DNA of 63,627 nucleotides, filler included, from Sluysia triapertura (Eukaryota), in the NCBI GenBank assembly GCA_046118255.1. It is 4 parts of 4 records of this genome, joined end to end, with 100 filler letters (N's around TTAATTAATTAA, not from the genome) between each part and the next. Parts side by side here need not be neighbours in the genome. Positions count along the whole stretch, not along the records: positions 28,639 to 51,921 come from JBJNIA010208479.1; positions 52,022 to 63,627 come from JBJNIA010182868.1; 2 more parts are not named here. One strand, given 5' to 3'. The position numbers were made by a program, and so were the translations under genes. Shown piece after piece: positions 42,741 to 54,837 of the stretch. Every line of letters starts with the position of its first letter. Positions within the stretch are counted from its first letter, which is position 1. The notes below the pieces were generated by a model. It was not told where the DNA came from. It made no database searches and saw nothing but the letters and a program-made list of their open reading frames with translations.

Positions 42741-43041
42741 GGAAATAGTGATTTATTAAAAGAAATTCATAATATATTTACACGATCATAATGCATCAGA
42801 AAATTTAAATAAAACGTAAATAAGCGAATTTATCATTAATCCAATAAAATCATCAGCATATATAATACCTATACGGTACTATAAAATTTGGCTTATGATG
42901 GTTTTCTCTCAGACTAAAACTTTTTATAAGTATTTTGAAATAACCAAATAATTTCAAAACCAAAGATAGACTAGAATTTGATGTAAAGTTCTTAATTTTA
43001 ATTCGTAACTGAATATAAATATAAATATAAAATGAACTTAC

Positions 43042-44261
43042 TCATAATTTTGACGAGAAACTAAAAATGCCAGTATTTCTATAACATATCCTGAAGCTTG
43101 ATATATTCTTTGAGGAGTATAAGATTGTTTATTGGGATTTATTTCATGTGAATTAAAAAATGGGTCTTCCTAAAAAAATAAAATTTTTAATTATTAAATA
43201 TCCTTTTTAAAAAAAGTTTAGTTTACAATGTTTAACAATGCAAGTGGTATCTTCAATCTCATGTGAATGTTACTTGCACGCGTGTTGCATCATAAATTTT
43301 GAAGTGAAATTGTAAATTGAAATTTTGAAAGATGCTTTTAAAAAATATTGTACTTTTAATGATTATTATTTTTTTTATATTCTAAATATGCAGCACTATT
43401 TTTGGCCAAGCGAAAATAATAATACTTGAAATAATGATAATATTATTAACATAATATCAATAACCATAATAATAATTATTACAATAATATTATTAATTTT
43501 ATTTGTATAAAATAAATTCACAAATATTAATTGAAAATAAAAATTAATCATTTAATTACTTACATAATCAGATATTCTATCTCAATTGCTTTGGTAAAAA
43601 TTAGTAAGAACAATAACTTAATATATTTGCTATTTATAATTTTTAACTTTTATTCGATTAATTATCATTCTTTAATGAATATATACTTATAAATTCGTAT
43701 ATTAAATTCGTATATATAATTTATTTTAATCTTTGAAGCTTATTAAAGCAAATTGAAATTACGATAAATTTATTACAAAATTTAAATTTGAAATTGTGTC
43801 TGCGAGTTTTAAAGATTATAATGTTAAATTCGTTGATAAAAGGCTCACAAAATCTCAAAAGTAAAAGACATGAGGTCTTTATTTTTTAAATAAGAATTTA
43901 AAGTGTCTTATTAAATTTCACTAACAACTTAATATAGCACTTGATGTGCCTAAAGAAATCATTTATCATTAGTGGCTTACTGCTTGAAAGCGATTACTTG
44001 TTAAGAGCGCATTCAAAGGTTTACTTATTATTGATGGGGTACACAAACTCAAAATGAAAATACAAGACTAGCTAAAATTTATGTACGGCAAAAAGAAAAG
44101 TTTTCATTATCTTTTCTTATTTTCTAACTTGAATGTTTTATTTTTTTGACATAACTTACATTATATTCATCACGACTTAAAATAGCACATGGACATCGTC
44201 TCAGAAAGATTTTCATGCATGAGTATATCTGTTTGATCCTCGTTACGGATTTTATTTTCAG
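43042..44261 (-). pseudogene. Intron-containing gene remnant, possibly RhoGAP-like
   Basis: Exons with GTAAG donors (44160-44261, about 43981-44067, 43042-43169) and a 31-nt intron. IYSCMKIFLRRCPCAILSRDEYNSCI loosely resembles RhoGAP LKxFLRELPEPLIxxxxYxxF. In-frame stops follow. Confidence 0.3.
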
Positions 44262-46299
44262 CTAATAAAAGTGGATCTCTCATATCACTATACTAAAATA
44301 AATGTAACATAATGACATAAGTCTTTAATAACATAGAAATTAAAAATTTACGAACTAAAATTTACGTTCATTTTCGCTAATTGGTTTCTTTTATTCACAT
44401 AATAAGCCTATGGTGGTTTAACCCTTTTCCTACGATTATATTAAATTATAAACAGTGCATACACGAAACCTCATCTTGAACACTTATCAAGACGTACTCC
44501 GCACATACTATTACTCAACACTACAATTCCCATATCTTCATTGCCAAACATTAACTTCTGCATTAGTTAATTTATAACAATCTCTTTTACCTAATAACAC
44601 TATACAACATTAACTTTTAAGACAGTAAATTTATAAAATTTTTAAATAAATCTAACTAATTTCTTCCATTTATTACCACTATTAGATTTCAATTTTCTCA
44701 AATGTTGTAATTATGATTATCGCCATTATTATTATTAACGTTATCATCATCGACACCATTAGTCCGATATCGACCTCAAAGATTTTCGAGACTCAATGTT
44801 AAAGTTCATGTTATAATTAAAGAGCCGTGTGAAGAATGTTGATCAGAAGCATGTACATATGAAGTAATAATTCATAATAATAATAATAATATGATAATAA
44901 TTTCACTTTGATCAAAATGATTCACTAGATGATTGTTAGTTCTTTCCAAGGCTTGACAATGTATAAAAAATGACTTACTAAACAATTAATGGAAAATAAA
45001 ACTGAATGCTAATCGATAAGCTAAATTGCCTGCTAAATTTTTACTAGCTAAGAATTAAAATTAAATAGCACTGTATAAACCACAATATGGCGTAAATAAA
45101 AATTGGTAGTGAATAATATATTATCTGATAAATAAAATTGTGAATTTAAATTAGATTAATATTAGTATATACATACTAGTTATCAAGTAATGAATTTTCG
45201 ATTTTTTAGTAAGTAGTATTTTCTTTTTTAGAAAATTATTTTCTGTTATGTAAATTAGATTTTAAATGATTTATTTTATGATATTTGATAATTTTAGAAG
45301 GTTGTGATGACAACATAACAGAATCATATTTATATTAGTTCGATCAAAGAAAAAATCACAATTAAAAGAAAACAATGTTTGAAGATTTATGTAACTTTGT
45401 TGGAAATCCTAATTCATTTTGAAATCGTTTAATTTTGATATGTATTTTGAAAATTAATTGCGTCAGAACCATATTAATTCACAAAACCTACTTGTGAAAG
45501 TGAAATGTTGATTTATCCGAGTTTGCATTATTCTCACCGTTTACAAACATTTCTTTTATTTTTATAATAATCTATGTAGATTCTTTTATTTTAATGGTAA
45601 AAATTTAGTTTTTAATATTTTAGTTTTTAATCCGTTATGTGACAAAATTGATTTAACTAAATAAAAAAGTGAAAAAGATTTTAGTCGTTTAAAATATTTC
45701 TGTGGAATTTTTAATCAAAAATGTCTCGAAAAATATTAAGAATTAAACTATGCCAATATTTTACAAATTATTTTTGAAAAGACTTCGAAAATGTGTAAAC
45801 TTTGTCTATCTTTCATGTATTTTCCTGGCAATGAAATGCAAATTATTCAAAAATTAGTGAATACTCTGACGAAACGACACCTGATATTGCAGGGTTTGAT
45901 TGTGAAGACGGAGATCTGGCTCGTGAGAACTTTGGAGTTTCATGATGTTTAAACACTTTATTTACGTTTTTAACATGAATTATCTCATTAAAATTAATTA
46001 CAATTAAATTAAAAGCTTTCATTTTATAGTTCATAAAACTAATTTAATTTAATTTATTTATATTTATTTTTCATAATTAACAAAATGACCGAGAAAACAA
46101 ACATCGATTTATTTTTATTATCTTGAACATAAAGGTTATACTAAAATTAAAAGTTAGAGTTATTTATGATGTTGAATGGGTTGTTTGCATTTCGAAATGT
46201 CACAAGTTTCTTCGATTGAGGATTTCTTAAATAAAAAGAATCAAAATTACATATCTGCTGATAAAAAAATAAAAATTACTTTTGATTCTAAATCATCAA

Positions 46300-47131
46300 T
46301 AGAACTAATAGGTGCAGTATTGTCCAAGAACTCGGCATGATTTTTGTTAAATATGAGTTTATCTTTAACTTTATCAGTCATTACTAAATTACTTACACGT
46401 TCTAAGTGATCATTAAGCATGTTTTGTTTAGCATCAATATAACTTATTTATTGAATATAATGATAGAAATAGCAAGATTGTCCAAATTTACATCATTCAT
46501 CCAATTCATTCAATTGGAATAGACATTGGGCTGTTCGTCTGTGTCTAAGAAAAATTCATACTTCTGTTGGTTTGAAGAAATACTGATTACTCATGTAATT
46601 GATGGAAAGGTACAATTGTTTGTGGTATCAAATTCGTTAAAAAGATAATCGTTAAATGTAAGCTGTTTGAATCCATGCTGAATAATCTACTGTAGTTTTA
46701 TTATCAAGAAAATCGACATTATATGAATCAGGATCTGACAAAACTATGCTCGCTATTGTACATCCATCTTCTGTAGAATCATACTTACTTTCATGGCCTT
46801 CATTACCGTTACGAGGCACGTCTGTAAACAGACATGAATTATGTGAAAGAATTTCATATTTTACGACTATCAATGTGTAATGTTCTTCTTTGAATTCGAT
46901 TATAATACAATCATCATTCTTTAATTGTCTTTTATCAAGAGCAAGACTTAGCCTTGTAGTATCAATTGAATTCGGTAGACATCTATTTAAAATAATTGAG
47001 CTTGGTTTTTCATCATCATTAAAATTATTCCATATGTGACTAAGTAATTCGATTAACGTAGAGTTTCTCTTAATTTCGATAACATTTTGTTTGACATCAA
47101 ACTTTAGTTTTAAACGAAGAGTTTCATCCAT
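46300..47131 (-). pseudogene. YOD1: YOD1/OTU1 deubiquitinase pseudogene
   Basis: Ubl-like N-terminus (LRLKLK..DCIIIE), then (D>H)NSCLFT..IASIVLSDPDSYN..L..Y.AWI matching OTU1 DNSCLF..IAQIVASDPDFYS..YCDWI. A stop falls where WGG is expected and the remainder is degraded. Confidence 0.8.
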
Positions 47132-47338
47132 TATAAAATATGATAGATTCTTTTATTATTTAAATAATTAAACCAAAATAATTGAATAGGATGAATAATT
47201 AAAGTTTTTCCTTAAATATAATATTTTAAAATATGTTTTTGGGGTAATCTAATTTTTTTACTTTGTACTTTTTAAAATCTAAATTTTTATTAGATTCCAT
47301 TTTTAGCTTTTTAATAGTAAAAATGTCAACGTACTCGT

Positions 47339-47532
47339 GATTGGGCGTCCTATAAAATAAGAAATTATAATATACAGAAATAGAATTGATAGGACGTCCA
47401 ATCAGATGAAACCAACAAAATGAAATGGTGGAATTTGTACAATAATGTATTAATTCGGTAAGCAACTGTCATCAGTCGACAGTTGATAAAGTAGTGTAAA
47501 ATGGTTTTAATTACGCTGTCGATTGATGACAG
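47339..47532 (-). promoter_or_regulatory. Double inverted-repeat module upstream of the YOD1 copy
   Basis: IR CTGTCATCAGTCGACAG 47466-47482 / 47516-47532 (16/17) and CCAAT IR 47339-47353 / 47389-47403 (14/15). Confidence 0.55.
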
Positions 47533-47559
47533 GCTATTTAATGAGGGATATTGATTAAA

Positions 47560-47942
47560 TGTTGAAAATAATGATGAAAGTGACTAAAGTGATGATAAAT
47601 AAAAATAATAATGATAATAAAAGTGGTTACAATAATAATAATTATAATAAAATAAATAAAATTAAATAAGATTGAATGTTGAAGAATTCTGAACTTGAAG
47701 TGTTTTGGATTGTTTTTAACATGTATCTTTGATAATTTAAGATGTAAATTGTGATTACAATGTTGTGAAATTGTGAACTAAGAATGTTTTAGATGAAATT
47801 TAAAATGTTATAAAGTTGTGAATTTAAAATGTTTTGAAATGTAAAAAGGTTTTAATAGATTTGCAAAAATATGTAAAATGTGAGAATATGTGATATTTCA
47901 TGTGAAGTAATTATTTGAATTTTATGTGAAAAGTTGGCCACA
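47560..47942 (-). mobile_element. Arm of TG-terminus element
   Basis: GTTGGCCACA at 47933-47942, G/T-rich arm, AAT-rich run on the inner side. Confidence 0.55.
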
Positions 47943-48601
47943 AGAATATTTTAAAATCTTTTGCTAGTGGTACTTTATACGATTGTAAATATAGTATAGT
48001 TTGTATTCGTATCAATTCACATATTGTATTTTCAAGTTACAAAGAAGATATAAAATTAATTGCTCAGTGATTACAAAAACAAATCATTAATATACCAAAA
48101 GTTGATGCGTTTGATTTTTCGTTTTTAAAAGCCTGATTATACAATTTTTATTATCATGTTTAGATATATTTGATTCAGCTTTTCCTGACTTAACTGAAGC
48201 CAAGCGATTGTATTATGAAACGGAAATATTTATTAAGAATCTTGAGAAAAGGTGCTCTTCTAAACGAACATTTAAATTTGAAACAGTTATAAATTTTTTT
48301 ACATTTTCTTAATATTAAAATTTCGAACAACGTTTATGATTAGTTTCTTAAAAACTTATTGCATGAGACTTTGAAGTTAATTCGTTTCGTGAAACACTCG
48401 AAGTCAGATTGTTGTAGAGCCTTGCAGAAATAGCCATGTAATCACCAACGCGCATGGTTGGTGCACCTTAAATAAATATTTGCCTAAACTGTTCGATCTT
48501 CCTACGACTTCAATTATTCTTTCTTCGCCTATATTAACATTATGTAATTTAAACAAATTTTTTTAAAAGGTCCTAAGTAAAATCATCTTTGCTGGTTCTG
48601 T

Positions 48602-49350
48602 TGTTGTGGCCACTTCTTCACACAACATTTTATTATATCATTATACACTAAAATAATACCTTTACAACACTTAAAATATTCACTAGATCAAAATCATTAA
48701 ATTTATATTTTAAAAATTTCAAAACAACAGTAAACAAAATGGAATTTCTTTTAACATTTCTAACGTCATTAAATATCTCTCAAGATTTCTCTTTTCTTTA
48801 ATTTTTTGTTATTCGTCCCTTTTCTCATTTTCTGCAATATCAAAACGCATATCCATCAGCATCATCCAAGTTCGTTTCAGAATCGAAGAAATGTCGAAAC
48901 TAAACAAAATATAGAGAAGAAAAACTATTTGATGATCACAATATTTTACCGATTTTGTGTCTACAGTAAGAAGTTACTATGTTACCAATAAATTGTCAGA
49001 TTTTTCACCGAAAGCAGCCGGAATGAATTATGATTCGCAAAATCGAGATTCAATTAACAAAGACGAATATTTAGATATTTTAAGAGATCGGTGGTCACCA
49101 GCATTAACTATTTCTAAAGATTAACTTTTAATATGCTCACTTATTTTATCAATACATCATTTTGAAAATTTTCAAAGAAATTCGTGGAGAGAGAATTTTA
49201 TGTATTTTTGTTTTTATTTTTATTTTATTATTACTAATTTTATTTTAATAATAATATTATTATTTACATTATTACAATTGTATTATCATTATTATTACTA
49301 ATTATTATTATTAATTATTATTTTCATTATTATTTTCTATTATAATTATT
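48602..49350 (+). mobile_element. Arm of TG-terminus element with embedded gene fragment
   Basis: TGTTGTGGCCAC start, C/A-rich arm, ATT-rich run 49200-49350, followed by CTGTCAAAAACGACAG. Confidence 0.5.
49050..49146 (+). pseudogene. Ubiquitin-conjugating enzyme E2 (UBE2D/Ubc4-like) fragment
   Basis: [31 protein letters not shown] versus Ubc4 [34 protein letters not shown]. The catalytic Cys is lost. Confidence 0.75.
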
Positions 49351-49686
49351 TGAACTGTCAAAAACGACAGCTTTTCATTTAAAACATATCTACTCGTCAA
49401 AAAATCAATTTCTATCCTTTTAGTTAAAATTTGCTTGGTAGCAGATAATCACGTTGATTAATTTTGTAATTTGCCAGGATCAGAAACAATTTATTATGCT
49501 CGCTCTTATTGACCAACAAAGTTAACGGAACTGACCACTCTATAATTGAATCCTTAACAGGCATATGACATTATTGACCAATCATTTTAATTCCAATTAA
49601 ATTGTTATTTTTATAACTAGTTCATTAGATAAAATTTCATAACTATAAAATTTGTTTGGTTTGAAAGTAGCTAAAAGTAAAGAACA

Positions 49687-50350
49687 ATGTTGGTGACAAC
49701 TTCAAATGCAAATATTTCCCAATTTCTAAATTCTTATATTTTTCATAATACAAATTTGCCTAATCAAGCTGCAAATTCTAAGGTTGTACGTCAAGAAAAT
49801 TTCAAACATTTACATTATTTAAATGATTTTCGAACTCAACAATGTCTATTACTTCTCAATCATAAATGTCAATCATAAAGACGATTCGCGCATTTTTATT
49901 GGCATTTTCTAAATCAACGTCGTCGTACACCAGTAAAAAAATCTGATGGGACATTCAATTACAATCCTGAAATTTATTGTACTTCATATGATGAAAACAC
50001 AGGAATTTGCCCAAATTGAGATAATTGTCAATATGTTCATTGAAACGCTGGAGATACGGAACGTCAATATCACCTACGCTATTATGAGACAGTGTATTTA
50101 TGAGACATCAAACACTAGTCAATGTGTTAAGAATGGTCAGCATTATGTATTTGTGCATGGAGTCTATGATTTACGACAACCGTTGTATTATATCAAAAAA
50201 GTTAATGACGCTGCCGAACATATGGCTAATTCCCTAACTAAGTTAGAAAAAGAACAAGCTCTAAGTGAAGAGATTGTACAGTATTTTAATGATTTGATTC
50301 AAATAGCGAGTTCTTCGATCAGTGGCTACCCAATTCAAATGAGTTAAAAC
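49687..50350 (+). pseudogene. UNK: Unkempt (CCCH zinc-finger RNA-binding protein) pseudogene, ZF1-3
   Basis: Read through the stops: HYLNDFRTQQC..HKC..FYWHFLNQRRR..DGTFNYNPEIYCTSYDENTGICPN*DNCQYVH*NAGDTERQYHLRYYET / CIYET..CVKNGQH..VHG..DLRQPLY, an unmistakable Unkempt match. Stops at 49876, 50017 and 50041, plus one frameshift. No introns in this span. Confidence 0.9.
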
Positions 50351-50655
50351 TCTTGTGTCCTCGGCAATTTATGCCTCACGATGATGACGAGAAGATTTAT
50401 TTAGAGGTATACTATTATATTTTACTATTAAACTATAATGATTATATGTTTTCCTTTTATTAAGACAACTAACTAGCATATGGACCGCAACCTCTTCAAA
50501 CATAAATCAACATTTACTATTATCTAAATTTTGTTTTACAAAATCCTTGCCATTTTTATTAGAAACAATATTTCATATATTTTTATATCAGAGATCTGGT
50601 TCATACCACTTATTGAGATGTCGTTTCCGTTTGAAAATTGTTAGACTTCGTAAAA

Positions 50656-50726
50656 TGGACTGACCGGGGATCGAACCCTGGACCATCGTCTGCGAAGTCG
50701 ATGCTCTACCACTGAGCTATCAGCCC
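50656..50726 (-). tRNA. tRNA-Ala(CGC)-like gene, probably a pseudogene or SINE-like copy
   Basis: Acceptor GGGCTGA/TCAGTCC with G3:U70, D arm GCTC/GAGC, TTCGCA anticodon loop one nt short, GTTCGATCC T loop, followed by TTTT. Confidence 0.7.
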
Positions 50727-51697
50727 CGTCTAACAACTTCATTTTTATTATATTCAATTTTACCAAATGGCACTTTTAGGCTTTTACCCCAACATAATGT
50801 TGAATAATTTATGAATAATTAAATCTGAAATTCGCAACAATTTTATGCTCTTTAATAATCATTTAAATTCGACCTATAATGTTAATAATAATTCAAAAAC
50901 ATTTATTAAACCTCCAAATCTGTTTAAATAGAACAGTAGTAAACTATCTACTAAATCTAAATCACAAACTCATTACACAATTTTAATTATTTATCATGTA
51001 AAAAAACTGTAATGTTTTAACAATAATAAAATCGTTTGAGGTTTTTTACAAGGAATCTTAATAAAATTTTTTCTATTTGTTGGTTCTGTTTAAATAGAAA
51101 CTTAGTAATCTAATTTTGCTTGAATTCGTAGAAAGTGAATTAATCAATTTAGCTATATATACTAACCCCGATTTCGCACATAAGAAAATCATAAAAAAAT
51201 AAATAATACATAAATAAGTTTGAAAGCTTGCATATAGATATGTTAGTATAAACATTTATGAATTTATGCAAATATTTTGTCTTTTAATATTTTATTTATA
51301 TTTTAAATATTTTGTTATTTAAAATATCTATATTTATTATAAAGTAAAATATAAATCATTAATTTTAAATAAATAAAATATAAATTATTAAACAAAAAAC
51401 GACTAAATTATAAATATTTTTAATAATTAAATAATAAATGTTTAAAAAATAATTTTATTTTAAATATTTTCAATTTTTGTATATAGACATTAAATTACTT
51501 TTATTAATTTCGACATTTAACAGTTAACAATTTTAATCAACAAAAATTTCAACGACAGTTTTGGAAGATCCATGATGTAGTAAGTCGGTTTTTTGTTAGG
51601 TTAGCTTATTCTTAAACTAAAATATCAACATAATATCAAATAATCTTCTGAATATTGCAAGAAATGTATAAAGAGTAGAGAGAATAAAACTTAAGAA

Positions 51698-51762
51698 TAC
51701 AAGTGAGTCCACCAACGTATTGGGCTTACTGACTAAACGGCCAACCGTTGGATTTTTTCGTA
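51698..51762 (-). ncRNA. Structured RNA motif, copy C
   Basis: TACGA-AAAAAT-CCAACG-GTTGG-CCGTTTAGTCA-GTAAGC-CCAAT-A-CGTTGG-TGG-ACTCAC-TTGTA. Confidence 0.55.
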
Positions 51763-52122
51763 AAAAGTAAAATGGAGGTCAAGAACTTACTCAAATAGTC
51801 AAAATTAAGATGCTAAAAGAATCCTCTAGATTGTAGATTAATTGAATATCAAAAATAAAATAAAATATCAAATAATTTAATAGTTTAACAATAATAAAAT
51901 AAGTGAGATTTTAGGGGCAAANNNNNNNNNNNNNNNNNNNNNNNNNNNNNNNNNNNNNNNNNNNNTTAATTAATTAANNNNNNNNNNNNNNNNNNNNNNN
52001 NNNNNNNNNNNNNNNNNNNNNTTTCCTTTGATCTTATAAGTAACAAGATAACAGACAACTCCAGAAGTGAGACAGATAAGTATAAGTTATAGGATTAATG
52101 TTAATTAAGCAAATCTTTCATT

Positions 52123-52171
52123 TTATATAGCAAAATCCAATGGCTGGCCCTCGCTGGTGAACTCACAATAA
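52123..52171 (+). ncRNA. Structured RNA motif, copy D (loop deleted)
   Basis: GCAAAAT-CCAATG-GCTGG-CCCT-[deletion]-CGCTGG-TGA-ACTCAC. Confidence 0.4.
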
Positions 52172-53466
52172 GTTTTTCATTTCTTTTTATTCTCATTCTC
52201 ACATTTTGCTAAAATTATTTTAATGTTAAATTTTAAAGTTATTTCCTTACAATAAAGCTGTTAAAATGGGTACATATTGTTGATTCCGATGAAATATAAA
52301 TTGATTAGAATAGTTAATTTTTCCAATTACGTACAATATGTACAAAACGTATGAAAATGTATCTAATCAAATTATGCAATAACTGTAAATTTTGCCTATA
52401 TCAAAACGATTATCACTTCATTACGTTTTATATAAACATGTGAGGAAATGCTTCTACTCAAATAATTTACAAAATATCTAAAATTAAAATCAATTATAGA
52501 TGCAAACACAAACTTTAGAAACACAATCAACATAATTAAAATCAATATTTGAAGGAATATTTTATCTCAGGAAACAGTCTTCTTTGATAGAAAATTAAAC
52601 CTAAAATGTAAATCATATTTTACACATTAATTGTTTTTTGATTAATCTTTCACTGCGAATTGATTTACTATTCATCAATCAAGTTTTATACAAGCATGAG
52701 ACATCTAAATTATAATAAAGTAATTGTTTTAGCGTCAAATCTGACATTTTTTGCAATTTAGTGTTTGTTCCGATTAATTTATGCACAGAGTTAAAGTACA
52801 CGTTTGACTGTTGAAATTACTTTTTTATTTTCATGCCGCAACACTAAATTTTTTTTCAAAATTAGGTTAATCATACAGGTAATTTTAATCAAGTATATAA
52901 ATGTCAGCAAAGATCTGCTTTAATTTAGAATTTCAAATATTGTTTTAAATACCTTAAATATTTATTCAAAAATTTAGATATAGAATATTGTTTTGTTCAG
53001 GACAAAACCAAATCATCAGACTATTCAAAATGATAAAAATCGAAAGTGAAATTGAATTTCTGCATTATATATTTTTTCAATTAAAATATTAAATTTTGAT
53101 GAAATATTATTATATAAAATATTGATTGGATTTATAATTTAATCAAGGTTTTCGTGAAACATAATGGTATTTCTTTTTCGATCATCATCAAATAAATTTA
53201 GGAATTATAGTGGAAAATATTAATGAGTAAAAAATAGATTTAAAATTAAATTTTTATTACAGTAATTAAGTAGAACGAGTTAAAACTGTTTGAAATTATG
53301 TTAATTAAATAATTAAAAAATACTAAAACAAATTCTATATATTGAATACGATATGAATTCAACATAGCTACTGTATTTGAATATAAATTAGAAAAGTTAC
53401 TATATGAGAAACACAAAGCGGTGTGTGATAGACAATTATTACTACCGATCTTTCATTTTAAGTGTG

Positions 53467-53703
53467 TCATAAATTGCCACTGTTACCTCCAGCAATTGTT
53501 TGTTCTCTGCTTAAAACAGTATTAGCATCTAACATATGAACTATGCGTCTTAAACGAATAAGTTCGATTTCAGATGCTGCTCTTTGTTTCTTTTCTTCGT
53601 CTACTTCTTCTATTAAAGTTTGTATTCGAATATTAAGTTTTGAAATTTTGTATTCTACATCGATTTTAAATTTATCGAATTCTGTCTTCCATAATAAATA
53701 ATC
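53467..53703 (-). CDS. Terminal exon encoding a coiled coil resembling the CD2AP/CIN85 C-terminus
   Basis: Acceptor TTAAG, then 78 open codons DYLLWKTEFDKFK..IQTLIEEVDEEKKQRAASEIELIRLRRIV..GNL*, similar to [27 protein letters not shown]. Upstream exons were not identified. Confidence 0.55.
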   Translation of the reverse strand, partial: DYLLWKTEFDKFKIDVEYKISKLNIRIQTLIEEVDEEKKQRAASEIELIRLRRIVHMLDANTVLSREQTIAGGNSGNL

Positions 53704-53943
53704 CTTAAGATAATGATTTAATTAAAAATATAATACTACATTTACTGAAAAAAATACAAATTATAGAAAGATAAATAATTTTATGAAGATTTATTTTAAT
53801 CATAAATTGTTAATATTTTAGAAGTAGATTTAAGATTTGAAATTCATTAAATTTTTTCTTTCACATTACCAATGCTATTTTATTGGTTTATGTATAAAAA
53901 GTTTGTAGCAGGGCACAGTATTTAAAAAATACAGATAAAACTA

Positions 53944-54837
53944 ACGGATAACTCCAAATAGTATTACGAATTAAATAAAATTAGTGACACTGTTTAGTAG
54001 TGTCATTAATTTTTTAACAAATATTGTTTTAATAATAAGAAAATTTATTTCAAAAAAGGCATTTCAAATATGAGTTAAATAACAATTTTTTTATTTTAGA
54101 AATCATAATTATGACGAGAAAATTTTTTACAATGGAATTCAAGAAGGGAGTCATTACCTATATGGAGCATGGAGAATATTGCCATAGAATGTTTAGGAAA
54201 TGGAATATGAATAAAGAGGGAATTCAAACCCAGTCAAATCTTATGAAACGAGTTAAAGGAGGAGGTCGGAAAACATCAGAGGGAGAATTATAAGAAATGT
54301 TCTCAGAAATTTTGGAAATACATGAAGTTAAAAGTAACAAGGACATTTATTTCTGACAGGCCAGTCTATATAACTGAAGAAACCAACATTTCATTAAAAG
54401 GAAATGGTCAATATACTGATGGTTTTGTTTTTAAGAACAACAAATCTTAGTGATGTTTTGGTTGACAGTGCTTTTTTATTTATTGTGTATCTTCAGAAAT
54501 TAAAATCATCAATAAAGGTATCGAAAACAGTACTAATGGGCGAAGAATGTCTATTTTGAAGAAAATAGGACTGAAAGGAAGGCGTCATGTCTATGTAACA
54601 TTATTTACTGAAAAATATTTACAAAGAAAAGTACCTCATCGATCTATTGAACCGACTGATGTTTCCGAAGAATCGGATGAACTTGAAACAGAAGTTGAAT
54701 AAATTTATTAAGAGACTTGTTTTGTTTTATGCAACTTTTATATTCATTTTCCATAAAATCCAAATAATAAGGAGACATTTTTTAATTTTTTGGTGACAGG
54801 ATTTAATAGTGTCCGGGACACTATTGGAGTTATCCGT
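53944..54837 (+). mobile_element. pogo/Tigger-like non-autonomous element
   Basis: TIR ACGGATAACTCCAA(A)TAGT / ACTATTGGAGTTATCCGT flanked by TA. Internal MTRKFFTMEFKKGVI..RKW..KGGGRK matches a pogo N-terminal DNA-binding region. Confidence 0.85.

Noticed and set aside
49876-50043. Stop-codon reassignment as an explanation for in-frame stops
   Set aside because: Stops are of mixed types and accompanied by frameshifts, while the hAT ORF and KLHL12 exons read cleanly in the standard code.
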